From assembly GCA_963700635.1 (NCBI GenBank), contig CAVOYH010000003.1, positions 1,280,001-1,344,000 of the forward strand: a stretch of 64,000 nucleotides of DNA, read 5' to 3'. The position numbers and the translations under genes are program-made. This DNA is from an uncultured Bacteroidota bacterium. GTDB taxonomy: Bacteria; Bacteroidota; Ignavibacteria; UBA10030; UBA6906. Position 1 is the first letter of the stretch, and the number at the start of each line of letters is the position of its first letter. Of this stretch, positions 50,242-59,502 are shown piece by piece. The notes under the pieces were generated by a model. That model did no database searches, was not told the DNA's origin, and worked only from the letters and a program-made list of their open reading frames with translations.

Positions 50242-53200
50242 TCAGCCGTTCTCACCCGTGAGCCGGGCGATCTGGAGAAGGTAGAAACGCAACCTGTCCT
50301 GCTCCTCTCCCGTAAGGGCCTGGTCCTCGATCTTTGCGATCCGCTCAACTTCTTTCATCGCGCGGATCACATTAGCAGGGACTTCCACCAGACCTTCAGA
50401 GGCGATAGCGAGGTATTCAATTGCGGCAGCCAGGAACCGGTGCATCTCGTCATCTGAACGGGAAGTACGGAAGAAGGTGTCCAGACTGGCGGGCAGACGG
50501 AGTGAACGCCCCGGAGCCGGAAGGTCGGGCGACTGATGTTTTGATGAGATGGCGTAGAGCGAAACTGCGAGTTCGACAAATGCTTCAACGCGCTGAAACA
50601 CGGGGCGTTCAACCAATTCCCAGATCAACGCGCGCCAGGTGCGAAGTTCCTCCGGAACGCGGAGAAGCCGGGTGACAGAGGCAAGCCAGTGGCGATCGAT
50701 GGGTCCCTGCAGGCTCTCCGCCAACCGCTCAGGATCTGTATTAAAGAGATCTGATTGTAGCAATACGGCAAGATCGGGTCTCAGGGTCGGCAGCAGATCG
50801 GGAATAAATCTTGTTCCCTCAAAAAAGTCCCCGATATCGACGCCATGACGCCGAAGGAGTTCCTGTTGAAAAAGCGGGATAAAGCGTGTCATGGCATCAC
50901 CATCTTCACGAAGGGCCAACAGCGCACCATTGCCTGCCGGGAAGGCACGTTCCACTGCCCGGAGATACTGGCCATGAGCATCCAGATAGACGCGGAGATT
51001 TTGGAGGATTTCGTGGACCGGCAGATACGGGAGGATTCTGTCCGCCAGATACGTTTCAGGGTCGCCTTCCACTGACTCATGACGGGCAAATGTATCCAGA
51101 GCGCGGAAGAGGCCGGTGGAAATTTGTGGAATCCCCAGCACCGTGGATTGTGCCTGATTGTGTGCGATGGCCCGTAAGAGACTGCCATATCGGGAGAGTG
51201 GAATGGTGCCCGCGATCCGTTCCAATATCCTGTTACCCTGGTCCTTCCCGCCGGCAACCGGACGGATCATGGGCCTGTCGCGTAGAGAGGGTGTTGCTCT
51301 GGCGATAAAGTAGGAGAGGATGTGGATTCCGACCACGTCTTCATCACGGCCGTAGAGAATCTGCCGGAAATTCTGTGTGAGAATATCAAGGAAGAGACCG
51401 ATGGCGGGATCCGGCGCACCGATCGTAAGCCGTTCCAGTGCCTGCCTCCCCCGGGTGGTGCTTGTCAGTCGACTGTCTGCCAGTTCTTCACTCGCCCTGA
51501 TGATACTCCGGTCGGATATCTCCTGCGCGCGTTTGACATGAAAGAGGAGTTGTGCAAACTCTTCGACCGGCAGATATCGTAACCGTTCGGCAAGGGCACT
51601 CTGGAATGTCCGTAGATCCCCTCCGGCACACACACCCATCATGGGTGTTGTGGCGTAGAGGGTGCTTCTTCTTGCCGAGGAGCGCAGGTGTGCGGCAAAG
51701 CGGTTGTCGGCGCCCCCCGCCTGAATAAATGCCGGGAGCCCACTCAGTTCGCCAAGGTATCCACCCTGCCTTTGCATCGGTTCACCACTTCCCATTTTTA
51801 ATCGGACACGACCCGTAAGTCCGTGCGCGGCGACCCACTGCAGGAGTTCATTTTTTGCCTGACGAAATTGACGGGCGCCCGCGGCCTGACCCACGTGCTG
51901 GCTCAGGTCTGACCCGGCAATAAATACCTCCGTGCTAATCTCCTCAAACCGATCCTGAGTCTCCTGATTCAGCCGGCGGCTCTGGAGGGCATATTCCCAG
52001 AGTTTGTTGACATAGGGAATCACCGCACCGACGGCAACAGGATCCTCAAACAGGGGCACCAGCCAGACGGGCGGCAGGATGGTATCCGGGTGGTCCCGGA
52101 GCACATGTTCACGGCGTGCACTCAGCTTCCTGTCCAGATCGATGAGTGCTTCCGGCCTGGTGGACATGCTGACCTGAAGCGCGAGGGCCATTCCGGGGTT
52201 GCCGTAACGGGCGCCGATTTCGTTTATCTCGAGAATGTTAAAAACCGTAGTGTCAATGGCGAAAGGATCCTGCGCCGTCACCATGTTCTGATGAATACGC
52301 GGTGTAAGCGCAAAACGCTGGAGCAGGTCTCGATAGACCACCACCTCGCGCAGCAGGACAGGGTCATGCAGCGACTGAACCAATAACGGAATATGCCGGT
52401 GCAGTTCTTTGCGCAGCCGTTTATTGAGCGCAAAATAGTATTCAAGGCCGTCACGCCGCCGGCCCCGTAGTTCAAGCATCCGGTGCTCGAGCCGGTCGTT
52501 GTGATACCAGAGTGAAGTGACGGGATCACGCGCCAGGTGCAGGGCCATTCCGAGCTGCCGGAGTCTGCCGGGTTTGGCATGAAAGGGTAGAATGCCCCGG
52601 TACCGGTGCTCGAGCTGGTGCGTGAGCGTTGTGATTTCGTTCAGAAGGCGCACAAATCGTGCGACCTTTCCGGGAAGACGTTCGATCTCTGTCAGAAGCT
52701 CCGGTTGAATACGCGCCGCCGGATTCCGCGCTGAAAGCAGACGGGCCAGATGTGACAGCCGGCCGACATTCTGGAGAAGTACGGAAGCGACAAGCCTGTG
52801 CCCCTGGCCCGACGGTCGATTGCTGCCATCCCAATCACCCCAGAACGAAAGCATGGTGGGCGGCATGCCGGAGTTCTGGAGGCCGGCAAATTGTTCGGCG
52901 GTAATATGCGCGTCGAGGTCAAGACAAATCTCTTCGGCTTCCTCGCTCGAATTGATGGCCACGTTCATCCCGAAGAATTCAGCCACGAGCTCACGGGATA
53001 CATTCTGGACCAGATGTGACGGAATATTCCCACCGGTCCGCATCGCCCGCGCGATTAAGTCAAATGCCGCCTCTGTCCGAATAGAGTACATCTGAGTCGG
53101 ATGGACCGTGCGGTCAAATGACCGCGATCGGAACGCCGCAGACCGTCGGGTAAGATCATCGCGGTACAATTCACGTTCAAGGGTGAGGGCAAGGCCTTTT

Positions 53201-55848
53201 CCGTTGTCCGCCTGCGCTGCCTTCATCAGTTCCTGTGTCACCATTTCTCTATCATAAAACCTCTGCCGGTAGACCTCCAGCCGCTCAGGGAGAAATCTTT
53301 CTGTCAGACTATGCTGGAGCTTTTCCGTGCCGGGTCCTTTTCGCCGGAGTGGGTGGCCGTTACGGAATGCCAGGGGAATAGCGCCGCGGATCTGTTCCTC
53401 AAGACTCTTCCATATTTTCTCAACCCCTTCAGGGGGTGTCATCTTATGATGGATCGGAAAGCTATTCCTGCTGTAATGGGCTGCTTCATCGGCGATGAGA
53501 CGGTTCAGGTCAATCAACACCCGTCGTGTTTTGCCGAGAAGCGCAGCCGCACCATCAGTCCCCCCGAGGGTCAGCCGGAATGCCTTCCGGCCGGTTTCAT
53601 ACCCTTCCTCCGTGCGGGCAAAGGCAGAGAGAGGAATCATCCCGATCCCCTGCCGGGCAAGCCCTGAGGCCACCCAATCCAGGGAAAGGCCGGGGGGAAG
53701 ATTGTGAATGTGCAGAAGAGGGTACATGCTCCCGGTGGGAGGCCGGATCTCGATCCCGAACGGATTCCGATCAGCGGGCAGGTTGTGGTATGCCGCGGAG
53801 ATGGCATCCATCCGTTCAGCGAAGATGGTGTTCCGGAGCCGCCAGTATGCCTGCACGACTTCGCGCGAATTGCGGTACAGAAGGTAACCCACAAGGAGAG
53901 CGCCGACATTCGGCAGGATTGTTGCATTGGCCAGTCGGAATCGGGCACGAAGTTCCGGCAGAAGAATCTCGATCACGGAAAGACGCGCGCCGGCAAGACA
54001 GTCTGTCTTTGAAAGTGAATGAACGGTTATGATGCGTGCAGAGTGCTCGGAAGAGAGACGGCCGGTACGAACAAGATTCCCTGCAATCTGGCGTAACGTC
54101 GGTATCTCCGGGAGGTCATCATGGGGAACCACATTCTGGTATGAAAGATCATCAATCACCCTGATGCCTCGGGTGAGCAGCTGTTCAAGCAGGCCCGTTA
54201 CGGCATCGGACGAAAAAATCCTGCCGGTGGCATTGTGAGGATTGTTCAGAACAACCGCGCCATACTCCCTCCAATCAGCGTTGTCCTTCAGTTTCCGGTC
54301 CACGATGGTGAGGATAGCATCAACGTCGAGATCAAAACCGGATGTGAGGGGAACAGCAGTGACGCCTGGGAAACAGTGTTCATATGTCCAGCTCAGGTCC
54401 GGGCACACCACGTCACGGATTCCGCAGTGAAAACCCAGAAGACCGAGCGCCGTGCGGGAGGATCCGCTGACCACGGTGGAGCCCAAAAGATCATATTCGG
54501 GGTGATGTCGCACGAATTGCTGGAGAAAGCTGTCGTTCAGCCCGGTGATGAGCGACTCCGCGCCGGGACCGCTGACAAGTTCTCGAAGCAGAGACACAGC
54601 CGTGTATCCGGCGTATGGTTCAGGGGACGGGAGTCGGGTTCCGGCCGCGGCACCTTCGGCTGCTGCAGTAATTCGCTTGCCGATGGTCTCCGCACCGGCG
54701 TCATAGCTATCCAGCCGCGGCGCCAGCAGTCCGGATAGACGGCGCTCGATACGGGATGCGAGCCGGACCAGAGATGTTTCTGCGCCGTCATGCCACCCTG
54801 GTGATTCCAGCGGGGGACCCACCGTCAGCGCGGGTGGCGCGCTGGCGTCTTCATGTTGCTGGATGTCGCGTCGAAGTATGAACGTCAAGAATTCCACTTC
54901 TGAAGCTGAGGGGGTCCCCTTCAGCTGGAAGTGCAGGGTTTCGAGGAGCGAAAGGTAGTCGGCATTCCCCGCCACGAAGACGATGGGGAGTCGGGTCAAC
55001 CGCGGGGAAAAAATTCCCGGGGAGAGGAAGCGGAGGACACGGTCAACAAGCTTGGCTTCGCGTGCCAGAGAAAGATGATTCGGCGCATCGTTTGCTTCCA
55101 GGAAGAACAGCGGGTATTCCTGGCTCATCGTTCGTAGTGTCCGCCGTGTCTGCTCACTGGTGACGGAGCCGAGAAGCAGAAACGTCGGAATTGGAGTATC
55201 TTCTCGAAGCAACTTCTGCAGCGAGACAATCGCCGATTGTTCGTTATCCGGTAGCGTGACAAACTGCAGCTGGTCGAATGACGTTACATGGGGGGGGAGG
55301 GGACAACGATGTATCACCACGCGTGCCGGCAGGTGTGCGAGGAAGGACGCAATGGCATGAAAGAACACACGTAATGTCTCAACAACTCCCCCTGACGACA
55401 GGATTATCTCACGGCGTCCGGTTGTTGTTCCGGGATCGTACGTGAGCGGTTCCTGCTGGTGCATCAACCAATCATGGATCGTCGTGACCAGGGGTGACGG
55501 GTGGGTCCGTGCAAATCCGCCCCTCGGTAGATACGGCGCACTGCGCCGGATAACCCCGATGTAGAAATCCAGAAAAGAGCGGTCTGCCTCGTCCAGGTCG
55601 AGAGCCTGCAGGAGACGGTCGGGGTTGTCGTCTGTGAGGGTTGTGGCGCGGATATCCAGACCCAGCACCGCGCGAAGTAAGGCAGAAAAGAGGCGGGAAT
55701 CCTGAACCGGATTGCCGATATGGAAATTTACGCGATCCTCGGATACAACGGACGAAGCCGCCGTCGCTTCGCTGATCTCCGAGACTTTTGCCGCCCGCGT
55801 TGGTCGGAGACGAAATCGTGATGGCACACCTGCGGCCACGTTGGACAC
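50242..55848 (-). CDS. 1868-aa fusion: degenerate aminotransferase domain + PLP class I/II aminotransferase + PEP-carboxylase-like domain
   Basis: Aminotransferase motifs NNPHNATG, DDLSY, HSLSK614, FR758LTLG; PEPC-like motifs TVH916PTQ, W1003GDWDGSNRP, QVSMS, VPLFE1268D, VFIAGSD1314, GSGEPMQR1360QGG, TFQSA, LR1559AI. Confidence 0.78.
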   Translation of the reverse strand: MSNVAAGVPSRFRLRPTRAAKVSEISEATAASSVVSEDRVNFHIGNPVQDSRLFSALLRAVLGLDIRATTLTDDNPDRLLQALDLDEADRSFLDFYIGVIRRSAPYLPRGGFARTHPSPLVTTIHDWLMHQQEPLTYDPGTTTGRREIILSSGGVVETLRVFFHAIASFLAHLPARVVIHRCPLPPHVTSFDQLQFVTLPDNEQSAIVSLQKLLREDTPIPTFLLLGSVTSEQTRRTLRTMSQEYPLFFLEANDAPNHLSLAREAKLVDRVLRFLSPGIFSPRLTRLPIVFVAGNADYLSLLETLHFQLKGTPSASEVEFLTFILRRDIQQHEDASAPPALTVGPPLESPGWHDGAETSLVRLASRIERRLSGLLAPRLDSYDAGAETIGKRITAAAEGAAAGTRLPSPEPYAGYTAVSLLRELVSGPGAESLITGLNDSFLQQFVRHHPEYDLLGSTVVSGSSRTALGLLGFHCGIRDVVCPDLSWTYEHCFPGVTAVPLTSGFDLDVDAILTIVDRKLKDNADWREYGAVVLNNPHNATGRIFSSDAVTGLLEQLLTRGIRVIDDLSYQNVVPHDDLPEIPTLRQIAGNLVRTGRLSSEHSARIITVHSLSKTDCLAGARLSVIEILLPELRARFRLANATILPNVGALLVGYLLYRNSREVVQAYWRLRNTIFAERMDAISAAYHNLPADRNPFGIEIRPPTGSMYPLLHIHNLPPGLSLDWVASGLARQGIGMIPLSAFARTEEGYETGRKAFRLTLGGTDGAAALLGKTRRVLIDLNRLIADEAAHYSRNSFPIHHKMTPPEGVEKIWKSLEEQIRGAIPLAFRNGHPLRRKGPGTEKLQHSLTERFLPERLEVYRQRFYDREMVTQELMKAAQADNGKGLALTLERELYRDDLTRRSAAFRSRSFDRTVHPTQMYSIRTEAAFDLIARAMRTGGNIPSHLVQNVSRELVAEFFGMNVAINSSEEAEEICLDLDAHITAEQFAGLQNSGMPPTMLSFWGDWDGSNRPSGQGHRLVASVLLQNVGRLSHLARLLSARNPAARIQPELLTEIERLPGKVARFVRLLNEITTLTHQLEHRYRGILPFHAKPGRLRQLGMALHLARDPVTSLWYHNDRLEHRMLELRGRRRDGLEYYFALNKRLRKELHRHIPLLVQSLHDPVLLREVVVYRDLLQRFALTPRIHQNMVTAQDPFAIDTTVFNILEINEIGARYGNPGMALALQVSMSTRPEALIDLDRKLSARREHVLRDHPDTILPPVWLVPLFEDPVAVGAVIPYVNKLWEYALQSRRLNQETQDRFEEISTEVFIAGSDLSQHVGQAAGARQFRQAKNELLQWVAAHGLTGRVRLKMGSGEPMQRQGGYLGELSGLPAFIQAGGADNRFAAHLRSSARRSTLYATTPMMGVCAGGDLRTFQSALAERLRYLPVEEFAQLLFHVKRAQEISDRSIIRASEELADSRLTSTTRGRQALERLTIGAPDPAIGLFLDILTQNFRQILYGRDEDVVGIHILSYFIARATPSLRDRPMIRPVAGGKDQGNRILERIAGTIPLSRYGSLLRAIAHNQAQSTVLGIPQISTGLFRALDTFARHESVEGDPETYLADRILPYLPVHEILQNLRVYLDAHGQYLRAVERAFPAGNGALLALREDGDAMTRFIPLFQQELLRRHGVDIGDFFEGTRFIPDLLPTLRPDLAVLLQSDLFNTDPERLAESLQGPIDRHWLASVTRLLRVPEELRTWRALIWELVERPVFQRVEAFVELAVSLYAISSKHQSPDLPAPGRSLRLPASLDTFFRTSRSDDEMHRFLAAAIEYLAIASEGLVEVPANVIRAMKEVERIAKIEDQALTGEEQDRLRFYLLQIARLTGENG

Positions 55849-56813
55849 TACGATTTCTTCCGCTTCTGAAACGCCTCAAGTGCGTTCTGTACAAGCGTAT
55901 GGAACATCCCGAGAAGTTCAGCACCCTGTCCGGTTTCTCCCGGAGCCAGCGTGACGACGGTACGCGCATTTTTCATTGTCTGACTCGCTTCGGCAAGACG
56001 GGCTGCCTGAGGAGTAAGGAGGAGCAGTTCAGGGCTCTCTTTCAGGAGCCGCATTTCTTCCCTGTCAAAATCCAGCTGAACGCGCTTGAGCTGCACTTCG
56101 TGCTCCGCACGCCGGGCGGCAAGAGTCGCATCCTTTTCAAATTGTTCCGTACGGAGTGCGAACTTCTTCATGGCGAGCACGTTTTCGAGCGATGCGATCT
56201 CTTCGTCCGCCTTAAGACGGGTCCGTGCCGCGGCGATGCGCGCCTGTTGCTGCAGCATTTCGGTGTGTTCCAGGATACGTGCCTGTTCCCGCTGGCGGAT
56301 GGCCTCGGCAATTTGCGGGTTAACCGGTTCGAACGACATGACAGTCAGAGCGATGATCTCGATGCCGAGAATGGCCATACAATCCCCCTCGTGGTGACGG
56401 AGGTGCTCCCGGATGTTGTTGGAGGAGAGATCTTCGATCTCATGCTGTTCGGTGAACGCCTTGACGTACCCCAGAAGTAATGTCTCCAGTTCCTTTGCCG
56501 CCCGGGCGATTGCATCGTTTCTCCATCCACCAACGTTCAGCAACACCGGCAGGTGCGCCGGGGCGGAGGTGACAGTGACAGCGAGACGCACCCTGACATC
56601 CAGATTTCCTTTTGCGGAGGCCTCAATCGTCTGGGTGAATGCGTGTGTGACTTTGGCGATCGGCGTGCTAAAGTGCCGCGGGTACAGGCGTGCTGTGCGA
56701 ACCTTAACACCGTCGCGGGATTCTGCGACGACAATCTGGTCCGGCCGTCTCACCCGGTATTCATAGATGAGTATGGCAACAACAACGACAATCAGGCTCG
56801 CAACAACTTCCAT
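55848..56813 (-). CDS. SPFH (Band 7 / flotillin-like) domain membrane protein
   Basis: N-terminal TM, beta-rich SPFH core (GIEI..L.V), Ala/Glu-rich coiled coil, LLLLTPQ tail; GAGGA RBS; its stop overlaps the start of the giant ORF. Confidence 0.72.
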   Translation of the reverse strand: MEVVASLIVVVVAILIYEYRVRRPDQIVVAESRDGVKVRTARLYPRHFSTPIAKVTHAFTQTIEASAKGNLDVRVRLAVTVTSAPAHLPVLLNVGGWRNDAIARAAKELETLLLGYVKAFTEQHEIEDLSSNNIREHLRHHEGDCMAILGIEIIALTVMSFEPVNPQIAEAIRQREQARILEHTEMLQQQARIAAARTRLKADEEIASLENVLAMKKFALRTEQFEKDATLAARRAEHEVQLKRVQLDFDREEMRLLKESPELLLLTPQAARLAEASQTMKNARTVVTLAPGETGQGAELLGMFHTLVQNALEAFQKRKKS

Positions 56814-56899
56814 TGTGGGTTCCTCACATGATACCTTGGGGGGCAGACACACGAAAACAGGTCCGGTGGCCCGGGTTTGAAACTCAGTCCGGTCCTTCT

Positions 56900-56928
56900 A
56901 AGATACTTTCCTGCGGCACAAAGCGCAA
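56900..56928 (-). promoter_or_regulatory. Promoter for the SPFH / aminotransferase-PEPC operon
   Basis: Minus strand TTGCGC (56928-56923), 17 nt, TATCTT (56905-56900). Confidence 0.5.
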
Positions 56929-56937
56929 TGGATGAAA

Positions 56938-57990
56938 CTACGGGAAGTGGGGGGCGAAATACCGTTTCTGAAAATACCGGGCCACATTGACCAGACCGAT
57001 AAGGACCGGCACCTCCACAAGAGGGCCGATTACCGTGGCAAAGGCCTCCCCGGAGTTGATCCCGAATACGGCCACGGCGACTGCAATCGCCAGTTCGAAG
57101 TTATTACTTGCAGCGGTAAAGGAAAGCGTGACTGTCTTTGAATAGTCCGCCCCGAGCCTTCGCCCCATAAAGAAAGAGACAAGAAACATCAATAAAAAAT
57201 AGAGCGTAAGAGGGATGGCGATCCGGAGCACATCCAGCGGAATGGTTACAATATACTCCCCCTTGAGCGAGAACATGACAAGAATGGTGAAGAGCAGTGC
57301 GATGAGCGTCAACGGACTGATCCGCGGGATAAATTGTGTCTCATACCACATTCTCCCTTTCACCCGGAGCAGGGCAAATCGGGTGATCACTCCGGCAAGA
57401 AAGGGGATACCGAGATAGATGAACACACTCTCCGCTATCTGAACGATGGTGATATCCACGGCGAACGATTGCAGGCCGAGCCACCGGGGCAGCAGCGTGA
57501 GAAACAGATATGCGTACACGGAGAAAAAGAGGACCTGAAAGATGGAGTTTAACGCAACCAGGCCCGCGGCATATTCCGCATCGCCGCCGGCAAGGTCATT
57601 CCAGACAATCACCATGGCGATACACCGTGCAAGACCCATCAGAATCAGTCCGGCCATGTACGCCGGCTGGTCCTGAAGAAAAATGACCGCCAGCAGAAAC
57701 ATCAAGACGGGTCCGATGAGCCAGTTTTGAACAAGGGAGAGAGCAAGCACACGAACGTTGCGAAAGATTTCGCCGAGCTCTTCGTACTTCACCTTCGCCA
57801 GCGGCGGGTACATCATCAGAATCAATCCGATGGCGATGGGGATGTTTGTCGTGCCCGACTGGAAACTGTTCCAGAATCCGACTATGCCAGGTGCCGTGTA
57901 TCCCCAGAAGACACCCAGTGCCATGGCGGCAAAGATCCAGAGTGTCAGATACCGATCCAGAAAAGAAAGTCTTCGGCTGGTGCTCGCCAT
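56938..57990 (-). CDS. acr3: ACR3 family arsenite efflux transporter
   Basis: [48 protein letters not shown]. Confidence 0.95.
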   Translation of the reverse strand: MASTSRRLSFLDRYLTLWIFAAMALGVFWGYTAPGIVGFWNSFQSGTTNIPIAIGLILMMYPPLAKVKYEELGEIFRNVRVLALSLVQNWLIGPVLMFLLAVIFLQDQPAYMAGLILMGLARCIAMVIVWNDLAGGDAEYAAGLVALNSIFQVLFFSVYAYLFLTLLPRWLGLQSFAVDITIVQIAESVFIYLGIPFLAGVITRFALLRVKGRMWYETQFIPRISPLTLIALLFTILVMFSLKGEYIVTIPLDVLRIAIPLTLYFLLMFLVSFFMGRRLGADYSKTVTLSFTAASNNFELAIAVAVAVFGINSGEAFATVIGPLVEVPVLIGLVNVARYFQKRYFAPHFP

Positions 57991-58031
57991 TGTCGTCACG
58001 AGTTTCTTCTGTAAGACTGAAGGGTGATTGT

Positions 58032-58160
58032 CTACAACTTCATGGATGACTCATGAATCGCGTCCCGGACCTCGATGGCAGGATCGAATGACCGCAGGAG
58101 CCCTTCGGCCATCTGGCTGCGGCATGAGTGGCCGGTACAGAGGGCGAGAATCCGAATCAC
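58032..58160 (-). pseudogene. arsC: Internally deleted arsenate reductase (LMWPc-type ArsC)
   Basis: VIRILALCTGHSCRSQMAEGLLRSFDPAIEV joined directly to a C-terminal-like [11 protein letters not shown]; only 42 aa. Confidence 0.75.
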
Positions 58161-58194
58161 CGAGTGTTCCCGGGCACGACGATATGCCCCGCTC

Positions 58195-58950
58195 TCATCG
58201 TGTTGCCTCCATGGTGATGCTGACGACTCCGAACGGAAGCGGCTCGGTGAAACCAAAGGGCTTTTCTGCGACAACGCTGACTTCATAAAAGCCGGTATTC
58301 CGCACTATCTCCAGATAGGACTCCTTGTCGATAGCTCCCGAGATACACCCAGCCCAGAGCTGCATGTCTGCGCGGACCGAGTCGGGGACACTTCCGATGG
58401 TCACAATATCGGACAGGACTACTTTCCCGCCGGATTTGAGCACGCGGAACATCTCCGCAAAGGCCTGTTTTTTGTCGGGCACCAGATTGACAACGCAGTT
58501 GCTGATAATCCGGTCAACCGTACCGGTCTCAACCGGCAGATGTTCGATTTCTCCCTTCCGGAATTCTGCGTTGGTGATGCCGAGCTTTGTGCGGTTGCGC
58601 TCCGCCCGTTCGAGCATGGCATCAGTCATGTCCACACCAATGGCGTTGCCGGTGGGACCAACCTCGCGGGCAGCAATAAACACATCAATCCCGGCGCCGG
58701 ATCCGAGATCCAGCACCGTCATCCCTTCTGTGAGTCCGGCAAATGCCGTGGGGGTTCCGCATCCGAGGCCGAGATCGGCAGTGGAAACGACCTGCGGATC
58801 CACATCCGTGTAGGCCTCGTTCATCCCTGTTTTTACAAGGGTCTTGGCTTCGGTGGTGCCGCAGCACGACGGTCCGCAGCAGGAGGTGGACTGTGATGCA
58901 ATGCGGGTATATTGTTTCCGCACCGAATCTTTGATCTCGTCATTTGTCAT
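58195..58950 (-). CDS. arsM: Arsenite S-adenosylmethionine methyltransferase
   Basis: SCCG.SCC, LGLGCG.P, LDLGSGAG.D, ISNCV.NL.PDK, WAGCISGA. Confidence 0.93.
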   Translation of the reverse strand: MTNDEIKDSVRKQYTRIASQSTSCCGPSCCGTTEAKTLVKTGMNEAYTDVDPQVVSTADLGLGCGTPTAFAGLTEGMTVLDLGSGAGIDVFIAAREVGPTGNAIGVDMTDAMLERAERNRTKLGITNAEFRKGEIEHLPVETGTVDRIISNCVVNLVPDKKQAFAEMFRVLKSGGKVVLSDIVTIGSVPDSVRADMQLWAGCISGAIDKESYLEIVRNTGFYEVSVVAEKPFGFTEPLPFGVVSITMEATR

Positions 58951-59362
58951 GGATAGATTCCTTTTGATGTTTCGTCAGTGTACGGCGGCCGGGTCGGGGT
59001 GCCGGTGTAATGCGTGTGAAGGTTGCACAACACCCGGTTGAAATGTTGGACGCCAGGTGCCGGGTTTCACGCTGCGCAACCGGATTGGACTTCAGGAGAA
59101 CGCCAAGGCAGTCAATCATCCTGCGGTGGTGTTCGTCTTTCGGCCGGGGGATGGAATACAACATCCAGAGTCCCTGCCTGCGATCAGTGACCAGCCCTGT
59201 CCGCTTCAGGTAGGCGAGATGCCGCGACACTTTCGCCTGAGGGACTCCCATTATCGAGATGATATCGCACACGCACAATTCCCCGGAATGAATCAGGAGG
59301 TTGAGGATGCGCAATCGTGAGACATCAGAGAGTGCCTTGAACAGCTGTGCCAGTTCGTGCAT
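58940..59362 (-). CDS. arsR: ArsR/SmtB family regulator
   Basis: FKALSD..RLRI, ELCVCD, SRHL..L...GLV; additional C-terminal CC pair. Confidence 0.9.
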   Translation of the reverse strand: MHELAQLFKALSDVSRLRILNLLIHSGELCVCDIISIMGVPQAKVSRHLAYLKRTGLVTDRRQGLWMLYSIPRPKDEHHRRMIDCLGVLLKSNPVAQRETRHLASNISTGCCATFTRITPAPRPGRRTLTKHQKESIHDK

Positions 59363-59375
59363 ACGCGGTCCCTGT

Positions 59376-59420
59376 TATATTCGCCTATACGAATATAGTG
59401 TGGAAAAGAAACAAAGTCAA
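59376..59420 (-). promoter_or_regulatory. ars promoter with ArsR operator
   Basis: Palindrome TATATTCG-cctata-CGAATATA (59376-59397) overlaps the -10 TATATT (59397-59392); -35 TTGACT (59420-59415), 17 nt spacer. Confidence 0.75.
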
Positions 59421-59502
59421 GTGGTCACCCGGCGCACCGCCTTGCATATCATGAGAAATCGGAATAATTTGCTTCATATTGTCACTCTTCTTTATTGTTG
59501 GT

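Noticed and set aside
50242-59362. Organoarsenical (arsinothricin-like) biosynthetic cluster from arsM plus the aminotransferase
   Set aside because: No ArsL-type radical SAM gene; arsR-arsM-arsC-acr3 is an ordinary resistance operon, and the giant gene's operon has its own candidate promoter.
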